Shown here piece by piece: positions 7,575 to 16,248 of a stretch of DNA of 28,054 nucleotides (positions are counted from its first letter, which is position 1; each line of letters opens with the position of its first letter). The stretch is from positions 1-28,054 of IMG/VR virus record IMGVR_UViG_3300025502_000114; one strand, 5' to 3'. The translations under genes were made by a program, and so were the position numbers. The stretch is from a virus (Duplodnaviria > Caudoviricetes). The notes beneath the pieces were generated by a model, which was given only the letters and a program-made list of their open reading frames with translations, did no database searches and was not told the DNA's origin.

Positions 7575-10211
7575 ATGGCTGAATACGATAGAGAAGCGGA
7601 TATACACCAAGTAATTGCTAGTAACCCTGGCATGACACGCGCTGAGGCTGAGGCGCAGATTGATAGAAATTCGAAGTTAAACAATAGCTTAACTGGTGCA
7701 GCATCAGGCCTTTTTAGCAAGGATAAGTTTAATTTAGATTTAGGCGCAATTGTTAAGAAAATAAATGCAAAATCTTTGCAAAACACCGGTGATACTGCAA
7801 TGGCTGATCGAGAGGCCACACAAGGTTCTGTACTCGGCACACAAATTAATTCAGTTGCAGGCGGTTTTAAATCACTTACATCAAGTACAGATGAAGGCGA
7901 GACCGTCACATCACAGCCTTCGCTGGTGATAATGACTGCAGCCGTTGATGGTGACGGTCTCACTGTTACTAGAACGTCAGGTAAAATAACTGAGATTACA
8001 ACACTAACCGGTAAGACTGCATCAAACGGGTTTTTAACAACAGCAGTAACTCAAGGTTCACCTAAAGGGATTGAAAAGACTTTAACTGCAACTGTTGGCG
8101 CAACACCAGAAGCAATTAAAACGAAGATGAAGGCAACATCGTCTAACGGCGAAGTTGCTGAACAAAATTTTAACGTGGATGTTTCCGAGAAAGTGGCAGC
8201 TAATGTCACGAAAGTAACTCAAAAGAACAACGATAATCTTGCTAATCCGTTTGGCACACTGTCTAGTGCGTTTAGTGGGTCAGCTGGTAACCCATTTGCC
8301 AACATATTAGGTAATGTTGCCGGTCTTGTTGCAGGTGTATTAAAAAAAGGTCAGCTCAATGCAAATACAACAAATGTTGGGTCGGTTGCATCGAAACCTG
8401 CTTTAGTAAATATTGATACATCGCAGACGATAGTTGATGCAACACAAGCCCAACGTAATTTTTTATTAAATAAATCGCTAACTGCATTTGCCTCAAAGGC
8501 GTTAGGAGTTAACTTAACAGTACCTACATTACCTGGAGCGGTACCATCCATTCCAGGCGGATTTCCTGGCGCTGGTTTAATATCTAATGTAGGTGCAAAA
8601 ACACAACTAGATCCTAACAACTTTAAGTTAACAACTCAGTTGCCTAAGTTAGAACCTGTAGAGGTTGTTAAGCAAGATGGAAGTACTAATTTATCAAAAG
8701 CAATTGATAAAAGCACACTTACGTCTCCAAGTGTTAAATCAACCATACCTTCTACAAAACTTGATAACAGTGAAGCATTAAAATCATTTAACGGTGTTGA
8801 TACACTGCCTAGAGATTATTTTACTTATGTAAATTCAAAAGAAGAGCTTGAAGCAGAAATAAGAACCATTTCTGCCAAAAGACCTATTACTGCTTTTTTA
8901 GTAGGTGCTACCAACACATCGCTAAATGTAAGTAATTATGCAGATGTTATGCATAATGCGCAGGTTAGAATTTATAATACATCTACATATCTTAAAACAC
9001 TTGGTGATCGTTTAGGTAATAGTGATACAACATTTCTAAAGGATTTTGTTGCAAAACACGGCGGTACTCAGGCGCATTATTATATTAGAAGAGATGGTAG
9101 TCTACAAAGAGGTCGTCCACTAATCACTCCAATCTGGGATGGCGGTAATAAAGTTAGAAGTGGTTTTACCACCAGGCTTATCACAATTGATTTCGTAGGT
9201 GGCTTAGATTTAGATCAGCCAATCGATAAAAGTGTAAATAGAGATCTGTATCGTTCATCCCAAAAATATACACCTAAGCAATGGGAAACATTTGAGATGT
9301 TTTGCAAAGCATTTGAGGCAGCAATACCTGGTGGCGAAGGTTTCGGCATGATTGATACATACATCGATGGTGTCCCAGATAAACCTGTATTTGGACAACC
9401 GTACTTTGATGTAAGGGAATGGACCAATACGCGTTTTGGTTGGGAAACATCATATACTGGCAATTATGAGCTGAACAAACGTATTGAAGATAAACTAGGT
9501 GTGTTGTTACCTACTGAATTAAATAATGCGATACCTGCTAAGGTTGTAAAACCCACAATTACTCCGGTTGTAACAAAGCCTGTAGCGCCTCCTAAAAAAC
9601 CAGCAGACCCTGAGACTGGTGAAAAACCAAAGCCAACTTTTGTTGAATCAAAAAATTGTGAAGATAACATGGAAATGTGGTCTAAGCAAATAGAAAATAA
9701 AATAGATGAAAAAAGCGGGGCCAGTCAGCGAATGCAAAAACGAGCAAATGCTAGCGGTACACGGTTTGACGCAGCACTTGGCAAAAACGTTTTTGCAGAT
9801 GCAACGACTGCTGCAGCGCAAGAGGAAGATGAAATATTATATGAACGTCTTACAAAAGAAATAGCAGAATTAGAGAAGAAGTTTGAAGAATGTAATGCAA
9901 CACTTACAGAGGAAACACCTAACAAAGAACCTGTTAAGAAATTTGAATCTGTAAGTGAAGAACGCACCAATCGAAATAAAGTCAGGAAAGAATTATTTTC
10001 TTTAAGAGCTAAGAGAAGTAAATTAGAAAGTGATAGGTTTTTTGCACAACAACCTGGTGCTTCTAAAGTTGGAGTATTATCTGATAGCGGATACACTAGT
10101 CAATTGGCATCATTGGAATCACAAATTTCAGCAAAAGAAGGTGAATTAAAACAAGCTGAAACCAGACTTGCTGCGGCTGAAAGAAATCAAAAAAATGAAA
10201 ATGAAAGGTAA
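7575..10211 (+). CDS. Large hub-associated protein with a degenerate T7-lysozyme/Amidase_2-like domain and C-terminal coiled coil
   Basis: 878 aa. The amidase-like core reads HYYIRRDGSLQRGRP...IDFVGG...TPKQWETF...PYFDV. T/S/A/G-rich N-terminus, Pro-rich linker, E/K-rich tail. Confidence 0.6.
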   Translation: MAEYDREADIHQVIASNPGMTRAEAEAQIDRNSKLNNSLTGAASGLFSKDKFNLDLGAIVKKINAKSLQNTGDTAMADREATQGSVLGTQINSVAGGFKSLTSSTDEGETVTSQPSLVIMTAAVDGDGLTVTRTSGKITEITTLTGKTASNGFLTTAVTQGSPKGIEKTLTATVGATPEAIKTKMKATSSNGEVAEQNFNVDVSEKVAANVTKVTQKNNDNLANPFGTLSSAFSGSAGNPFANILGNVAGLVAGVLKKGQLNANTTNVGSVASKPALVNIDTSQTIVDATQAQRNFLLNKSLTAFASKALGVNLTVPTLPGAVPSIPGGFPGAGLISNVGAKTQLDPNNFKLTTQLPKLEPVEVVKQDGSTNLSKAIDKSTLTSPSVKSTIPSTKLDNSEALKSFNGVDTLPRDYFTYVNSKEELEAEIRTISAKRPITAFLVGATNTSLNVSNYADVMHNAQVRIYNTSTYLKTLGDRLGNSDTTFLKDFVAKHGGTQAHYYIRRDGSLQRGRPLITPIWDGGNKVRSGFTTRLITIDFVGGLDLDQPIDKSVNRDLYRSSQKYTPKQWETFEMFCKAFEAAIPGGEGFGMIDTYIDGVPDKPVFGQPYFDVREWTNTRFGWETSYTGNYELNKRIEDKLGVLLPTELNNAIPAKVVKPTITPVVTKPVAPPKKPADPETGEKPKPTFVESKNCEDNMEMWSKQIENKIDEKSGASQRMQKRANASGTRFDAALGKNVFADATTAAAQEEDEILYERLTKEIAELEKKFEECNATLTEETPNKEPVKKFESVSEERTNRNKVRKELFSLRAKRSKLESDRFFAQQPGASKVGVLSDSGYTSQLASLESQISAKEGELKQAETRLAAAERNQKNENER

Positions 10212-10216
10212 TTATT

Positions 10217-11542
10217 ATGGATGATGAGATACCAGTACCAGAAAGTATAGAAAACCCTAATGATGGTTTTACCGATACTAATGCCGAATATCCTTATAGA
10301 TCATACATAAATGTTGCATCAACAAACGAGGCAGCACGCGGTTATAAAATCAATAGAGTATACACAGGTGGTGGTTACAAAAACATATCGCTAGATTTAA
10401 AACCACTAGCACCATCAGGTTATCCTAACAACCAGGTAACGCAAACTGCCAGTGGTCATATCACTGAGTATGACGATACACCAGGTTCTGAAAGAATTTT
10501 AATTAGACATCGGACGGGTTCTGGTGTAGAGATGAGATCAGATGGTACAATGATCTTTAGTTCAGTAGGCAATACTGTGCGAGTTACTTGCCATGATGAA
10601 AAGGTGATCGTCGATGGTGATGGTGAATTAGTATACAATGGTAACTTATCACTACAGGTCGCTGGTAACTTTGACCTCGTCGTCGGCGGCGACTTTAACG
10701 TCACGACCGGTGGTAATAATAACGAAGAGATTCGTGGGTCACATAAGAAAATAGTCCGTAAAACGCAAAAAACAGTTATTACAGAACACCAATCTACATT
10801 TATCGGCGGTGAGCAAACTGAAACTATTTTAGGTAGTTCCAATAAGGTTATCAAAGGTGATACAAAACAAATCGTTGAAGGGGGTTTTGAACTGTACAGT
10901 GGTGATGAGTTTATGATTACTGCTGAAAACGTTGCAAGCATATCTTCACCCAATATCAACATAGGGGCCGAGAGTTTAACGCTTATCGGCAACACTGGCA
11001 CTATTGGTGGCGATAATATTATTCACTACGGCAAATCATATTGGGGTGATACGTTCCACGGCACTTTAAATGGTAAAGCTGATGAGGCTGCTCTGGCTGA
11101 TTTAGCAAGTGGCGCAAACATCGCTGGCGCGCTCGGAGCTCCAGGTTCTGCAAATTATCCCACACATGATACAACAGCTACCGTCGAACCCACCGCAGAT
11201 ATTATGGATGATTATTTGCATAAATCATCATTTGGCGTAAAGGAAGTTTCGATTGATCCAGGTGATGTACTAAAAGATACTATAGATAAAACTAATGAAT
11301 ACGGTGGCGTCGCAAATAGAGAACTTACAGTATCTGAAGTTAGATCTAAACTAAGAGATAAAAATACATTGGCTAATTCTAAATTTATTGGTGCTATGAT
11401 TGCCGAGGGTAAATTAAACCCTGCATATATTCAAGCAGCACCGAGTAAAATTGGCCGCACCGTAAGCCTTGATGCATCACCCCAAAGAGGTTCTATCGCC
11501 ATCGGTAACAGAGGTGATTTGACAAAGAGGTATAGTAAATGA
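10217..11542 (+). CDS. gp5 C-terminal spike (triple beta-helix) protein
   Basis: YPNNQVTQTASGHITEYDDTPGSERILIRHRTGS..EMRSDG followed by VxG 8-mer repeats (VDGDGELVYNGNLSLQVAGNFDLVVGGDFNVTTGGN). Confidence 0.82.
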   Translation: MDDEIPVPESIENPNDGFTDTNAEYPYRSYINVASTNEAARGYKINRVYTGGGYKNISLDLKPLAPSGYPNNQVTQTASGHITEYDDTPGSERILIRHRTGSGVEMRSDGTMIFSSVGNTVRVTCHDEKVIVDGDGELVYNGNLSLQVAGNFDLVVGGDFNVTTGGNNNEEIRGSHKKIVRKTQKTVITEHQSTFIGGEQTETILGSSNKVIKGDTKQIVEGGFELYSGDEFMITAENVASISSPNINIGAESLTLIGNTGTIGGDNIIHYGKSYWGDTFHGTLNGKADEAALADLASGANIAGALGAPGSANYPTHDTTATVEPTADIMDDYLHKSSFGVKEVSIDPGDVLKDTIDKTNEYGGVANRELTVSEVRSKLRDKNTLANSKFIGAMIAEGKLNPAYIQAAPSKIGRTVSLDASPQRGSIAIGNRGDLTKRYSK

Positions 11543-12138
11543 TCATTAACCCAGATGCTGCGTACAACCCAGTCAACCAATCGGTTATTACGGCACGTAC
11601 GCGACTAGCACCCGGCATTAGCATGAGTAGGTTTTTAGGTGGTTATGGCGATAAACAAACTATGAATCATATTATTGATACATCACAAAGGCTAAAGTTA
11701 GCAAAGCAATATTATTTACAAGCACAGGTAGTAAAAATTATTGCTGAAAATGTTGGAGGTAAGTTTGCTGATTATAGATTAACTGTTGCTGAGGGTCTAT
11801 ATAGGCCTGCGCCAGGAGAAGTACTTAATATTGGAAGTACTAATAGCCTCATGGCAAATGGGCAATGTGTAGTATACGAACTTATTGATGAGGACGGTAA
11901 CAATGCTCCAGAAAAAACATTTGATCTAGCAGTATTTTTAAAAGACCATATTGAGTTTGAAAAACTTATTTTAGATTATGATTCCTATGATCCAAATGGT
12001 GAATTAAATGCTCAGATAGCTATTGTTATGCCAGAAATTATTGCTCCTTGGATTGTGAAATATGAAAATAAAATTGAAACAACCTTTAATAATTACGTAC
12101 AAAGCACAAATGAGCTAGTAGAAATACTAGAAATCTAA
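11539..12138 (+). CDS. Hypothetical protein resembling a degenerate peptidase M15 domain
   Basis: RLAPGISMSRF, VAEGLYRP, NSLMANGQCVVYE and FEKLILDY parallel M15A motifs but lack the Zn ligands. Confidence 0.45.
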   Translation: MIINPDAAYNPVNQSVITARTRLAPGISMSRFLGGYGDKQTMNHIIDTSQRLKLAKQYYLQAQVVKIIAENVGGKFADYRLTVAEGLYRPAPGEVLNIGSTNSLMANGQCVVYELIDEDGNNAPEKTFDLAVFLKDHIEFEKLILDYDSYDPNGELNAQIAIVMPEIIAPWIVKYENKIETTFNNYVQSTNELVEILEI

Positions 12139-12144
12139 TAAATA
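12137..12144 (+). promoter_or_regulatory. Late promoter variant AATAAATA for gp25
   Basis: One mismatch to TATAAATA, 6 nt before the gp25 ATG. Confidence 0.55.
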
Positions 12145-12150
12145 CTATCT

Positions 12151-12594
12151 ATGGTTACAAAAGCTTTTTCAATCGAAGACGGAAATATTTCTACGCGGTC
12201 TATATTAGTAGCGCGTAAAAGGGAATATAAGGATATTGATTTATCCTTTACACCTAAAACAACCGGCGAGATTTATAAAAAAACAAACGCGGCAGCTGTG
12301 AAGCAAGCGGTTAAAAATCTATTGCTTACAAATAGAACTGAAAAGCCGTTTGAACCTTATTATGGTGGCGAATTAAGTAAATTCTTATTTGAATTGTCAT
12401 CAGAGTTTGATGAGCAAGATGTTAAAGATCACATCGTTCTTGCAATTGAAAACTATGAACCAAGAGCACGAGTGTTGGATATACAGGTTTATATTTTTCC
12501 AGATTCATACGAAGTAAAAGTGACGGTAGTATTTGAAATTGTAGCAACATCAGAAATAACTTCCGTTGAAGTTTCATTAGCAAGGACACGGTAA
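12151..12594 (+). CDS. gp25: Baseplate wedge subunit gp25
   Basis: YKDIDLSF, AVKQAVKNLLLTNRTEKPFEPYYG, LFE, IENYEPR. Confidence 0.93.
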   Translation: MVTKAFSIEDGNISTRSILVARKREYKDIDLSFTPKTTGEIYKKTNAAAVKQAVKNLLLTNRTEKPFEPYYGGELSKFLFELSSEFDEQDVKDHIVLAIENYEPRARVLDIQVYIFPDSYEVKVTVVFEIVATSEITSVEVSLARTR

Positions 12595-14433
12595 ATGGCA
12601 TCGGAATCCACCATTAAATCATCAGATTTAGACTTTAACACGATTAAAGCAAACCTGACTTCTTATTTTAAACAGCAAGGTGAATTTGCTGATTATGATT
12701 TTGAAGCATCTGGTTTATCTAACATATTAGATGTTTTAGCATATAATACACATTTAAATGGCCTGATCGCAAACTTTGCGTTGAATGAGTCATTTTTAAA
12801 TTCGTCTCAGTTGAGATCATCAGTTGTATCACACGCAGAAATGCTTGGCTACTCACCAAGATCAAAAACTTCATCAAAGGCTACTGTTAATTTAAATGTG
12901 CTTATTACAGCTGGCACACGGCCTAATATAATTACACTGCCAGCCTTTAGCAAATTTAATACGTCCATTGAAGGTAGTTCATACGTTTTCCAGACACTAG
13001 AAAATTATATTGCAACAGACGACGGTTCAGGCGAATACGTATTTGTAGATGAGAATAATAATCAAAATTTGCAAATCGCTGAAGGCGTGGTGCGAACAAA
13101 AACATTTATTGTTGGAGATGTTACAGATCAACAAGTGTATGTGATACCTGATAAAGATATCGATACGGAGACCGTTAAGGTGAACGTGTATGACACAACA
13201 ATAAGCACGCGATTTACTGCATATACTAATTTAAATAAAGCAATTAGGATTGATGCTGCAAGTTACTTTTACCAAGTGAAAGAAGTACCTAATGGGTATT
13301 TCGAACTAAATTTTGGTGATGGTAGTGTTTTAGGCAATACTCCATTGATTGGGAATATGATTGTGGTGTCATATCTGGCGTCATCTGGAAATGAAGCTAA
13401 CGGTGCAGACATTTTTAATTCTCAGACAGATATAAGTGCTGGAGGTATAGAATACCCGATTTCTGTCGCAACACTTGCAGCATCAACTGGCGGCAGTATT
13501 AGTGAAAGTATTACATCAATCAAACAAAATGCATCACTTGCTTTTGCTTCACAGCAGCGCATGGTTACAGCTGAAGATTATAGAGCCCAGATATTAACTA
13601 ATTATTCATCATCTATTGCCGATGTAACCGCTTGGGGTGGACAAGATAACACACCACCTATTTACGGTAGAACATATGTAGGCCTAAAGTTTAATGACGG
13701 CGTCACTGATGCTCAGAAACAAGTAATTAAAGATTCGATTGTTACTAATCTAACTAATAACTTGGCGATTATGTCTATTGATACTGTTTTTGCTGATCCT
13801 GTAGTTGTATATCTAGAACTTACTACTCGATTTAATTTTGACCCAGACTTAACTAATGTTACTGTTAGAACAACAGAGTCTGCTGTGACAACTATAATTC
13901 AAAAGTACTTTAACGAAGAGCTAAAGAAATTTGGCGCAGTATTTAGAAGATCATCAGCACTAGCATTGATTGACGCTGTAAGTAAAGCCGTTCTTAACTC
14001 TAGGATTGCAGTTAAAATGCAATTAAGAATTGCGCCAACATTTGGTGCGTTGAATAACTTTGTCTTATCATATCCTGTAGCAATAGCAGAACCAAATGTA
14101 GTTACCGCATCAGTAACATCATCAAGGTTTACTTTTTTAGGACAAACCGCTATAATCAGCAACAGGCTTGGTACAAATATTTTACAGATACAAACAATCG
14201 GCGGCAACGTGCTTTTAGACAACGTCGGCGATTATACTACAAGTACAGGTACTATCACACTAGTTGGTTTTAACCCGGAAGCCGCAGTAAATGATATCAT
14301 TAAAGTTTCAGCAGTACCAGGTAATGAGTCTACAATTAGACCATTGAGAAATTATATTATAGATATTGATGATGGTCTTTCATTCGCTAAGGCTCAAATT
14401 GATTATCAAAATACTAATGTAACTCTCTCATGA
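12595..14433 (+). CDS. gp6: Baseplate wedge subunit gp6
   Basis: LDFNTIKANL, DYDFEASGLSNILDVLAYNTH, NESFL.S.QLRSSVVSHA..LGY.P, FGDG, QQRMVTAEDY, AWGG. Confidence 0.93.
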   Translation: MASESTIKSSDLDFNTIKANLTSYFKQQGEFADYDFEASGLSNILDVLAYNTHLNGLIANFALNESFLNSSQLRSSVVSHAEMLGYSPRSKTSSKATVNLNVLITAGTRPNIITLPAFSKFNTSIEGSSYVFQTLENYIATDDGSGEYVFVDENNNQNLQIAEGVVRTKTFIVGDVTDQQVYVIPDKDIDTETVKVNVYDTTISTRFTAYTNLNKAIRIDAASYFYQVKEVPNGYFELNFGDGSVLGNTPLIGNMIVVSYLASSGNEANGADIFNSQTDISAGGIEYPISVATLAASTGGSISESITSIKQNASLAFASQQRMVTAEDYRAQILTNYSSSIADVTAWGGQDNTPPIYGRTYVGLKFNDGVTDAQKQVIKDSIVTNLTNNLAIMSIDTVFADPVVVYLELTTRFNFDPDLTNVTVRTTESAVTTIIQKYFNEELKKFGAVFRRSSALALIDAVSKAVLNSRIAVKMQLRIAPTFGALNNFVLSYPVAIAEPNVVTASVTSSRFTFLGQTAIISNRLGTNILQIQTIGGNVLLDNVGDYTTSTGTITLVGFNPEAAVNDIIKVSAVPGNESTIRPLRNYIIDIDDGLSFAKAQIDYQNTNVTLS

Positions 14434-15383
14434 TTAATGCAGCAGAAGATTTAGATAGAAGAAATTTAAGTTTCTCTCAAAGTAAAATACGAGAGGTACT
14501 ACCAGAGTACTATGAAGAATCGTATCCTAATTTAATTTTGTTCTTAGAAAAATACTATGAATATTTAGAAGGTGATAACAAAGATTCTTTTAAAACACAA
14601 ATTAATAATTTATTTGTGGCAAGAGATCCAGCGCAGACAGATATTGGAAGCTTAGATTTTCTTGTTCAGGAGTTTGGTAATGGTTTAAAATCATCTAGCT
14701 TCTTTGACAATCCAAGATTGATGGCTACTCTATTAGCTAAGTTTTATAGAGTAAAAGGTTCTCTTGCTTCTCTTGAAGGTTTTTTTAGAGGTTTTTTTGG
14801 CGAAAACGCTAGTGTCGAATACCCGAAAAAAGACCTATTTACAATAGGCGATTCAAAAATAGGCTATGACTCATTAAAGTTTATTCAAAATGATGCCTTG
14901 TATCAAACCTTTTCTATACTAATTAAAACAGCATTTGCAACGGCTGATTGGCGCGAGTTATATTTAAAATTTGTACACCCGGCCGGATTTTACTATGAAG
15001 GCCAGGTTGTAATTCAATCTGAAAATGATTTTAATATAGCTAGTTTCAGCGAAGATCCATTAGCAGTACCTGTAACATCGTTGGTTTTATCATCAGAAGG
15101 TTTCATTACATTAAATACTGTATTTACTGAAACTACAGCGTTGTGGGATTCAAATGGTGATGCATTAGCTGACTACAGATTCGATATGTCTAAGATCGTT
15201 AGTACATTTGCTGACCTAACATTACTAGAACTAGATGGATTTTATACTAATCTTGCTAGTATGCTCAGTCCAAACTCATTTACGTTTGATGATTCAGCTA
15301 CCGTGCGACCTGATTTCTCATTAACTTTAGAAACTATGGACAAGGATATGTTTACTCGTTACACCAGCGATTCAACTTATTAG
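14430..15383 (+). CDS. gp7: Short gp7-like baseplate wedge protein
   Basis: FLEKYYEYL, FYRVKGSLAS...FF, YQTFSILIK, WRELYLKFVHPAGF are gp7/P2-gpI-like motifs; directly after gp6. Confidence 0.7.
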   Translation: MINAAEDLDRRNLSFSQSKIREVLPEYYEESYPNLILFLEKYYEYLEGDNKDSFKTQINNLFVARDPAQTDIGSLDFLVQEFGNGLKSSSFFDNPRLMATLLAKFYRVKGSLASLEGFFRGFFGENASVEYPKKDLFTIGDSKIGYDSLKFIQNDALYQTFSILIKTAFATADWRELYLKFVHPAGFYYEGQVVIQSENDFNIASFSEDPLAVPVTSLVLSSEGFITLNTVFTETTALWDSNGDALADYRFDMSKIVSTFADLTLLELDGFYTNLASMLSPNSFTFDDSATVRPDFSLTLETMDKDMFTRYTSDSTY

Positions 15384-15391
15384 TATAAATA
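15384..15391 (+). promoter_or_regulatory. T4-type late promoter TATAAATA
   Basis: Exact consensus immediately after the gp7 stop, upstream of the 15421 ORF. Confidence 0.75.
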
Positions 15392-15420
15392 TAAATTGAT
15401 TTATCTAAACGGAATAAGAT

Positions 15421-16236
15421 ATGACTAGAAAAAATATTAATGTAGGCACCACAGCCAACGATGGCACGGGTGATACATTACGCACTGTTGGCCAGAAAAT
15501 TAATGATAACTTTATAGAAATTTTCAACTGGATTGGTGATAGTAATTCACTTAATTCACAAATTTTTTTAGAGGATAGTGCAATTGCATTTGAAGGTTCT
15601 AGTACAGATGATTTTGAAACACGGTTAGCAGTAGTTAACCCCACCGCCGATAGAGTAATTCTACTGCCAGATGCTGGTGGCACAATTGTACTTACCTCGG
15701 CAACGCAGACACTAACAAATAAAACGCTAACCGCTCCTAATATTAGTGCACCAACGATTACGGCACCAACTATTAACGATGCAAATAGCAATGAGTTAAT
15801 TAAGTTTACAAGCATTGCATCGGCAGTAAATGAAATTACAGTTTCAAATAATTCGGTCGGCAATCCGGTTATTGTTAGTGCAACGGGCGGTGATACAAAT
15901 ATCAACTTAAGGCTTGATGCAAAGGGTAGTGGTTCCGTTCGTTTAAACAAAGTTGCATTTTCATCTACTGAAATTACAGCAAACGGTGCAACATCTGCAA
16001 ACACGTCATACATTATTTGTAATAAAGCTACAGCATTGGCAGTTACTTTAGCAAATGGTACAACAATCGGCGAATCTAAAATCTTTACTAACAAAGGTGT
16101 TGGTATCGCAACAATCACGCCAGCAAGTTTTGCTCAAGGCACTACATTCGCCTTGGATCAATATGATTCAGCAACACTTGTATGGGATGGCACTAATTGG
16201 TATGTGTCTGGGCATTACGGCGCAACAATAGCATAA
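15421..16236 (+). CDS. gp9/gp10-like baseplate fibre-attachment protein
   Basis: N-terminal INVGTTANDGTGDTLRTVGQKINDNF matches the T4 gp9/gp10 motif; TQTLTNKTLTAP is a fibre-type motif. Confidence 0.7.
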   Translation: MTRKNINVGTTANDGTGDTLRTVGQKINDNFIEIFNWIGDSNSLNSQIFLEDSAIAFEGSSTDDFETRLAVVNPTADRVILLPDAGGTIVLTSATQTLTNKTLTAPNISAPTITAPTINDANSNELIKFTSIASAVNEITVSNNSVGNPVIVSATGGDTNINLRLDAKGSGSVRLNKVAFSSTEITANGATSANTSYIICNKATALAVTLANGTTIGESKIFTNKGVGIATITPASFAQGTTFALDQYDSATLVWDGTNWYVSGHYGATIA

Positions 16237-16248
16237 TAGGAAATAAAA

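Noticed and set aside
7575-10211. The 878-aa ORF as an intron- or homing-endonuclease insertion splitting gp5
   Set aside because: No HNH, GIY-YIG or LAGLIDADG motif, and the 2-5 nt intergenic gaps leave no room for intron RNA structure.
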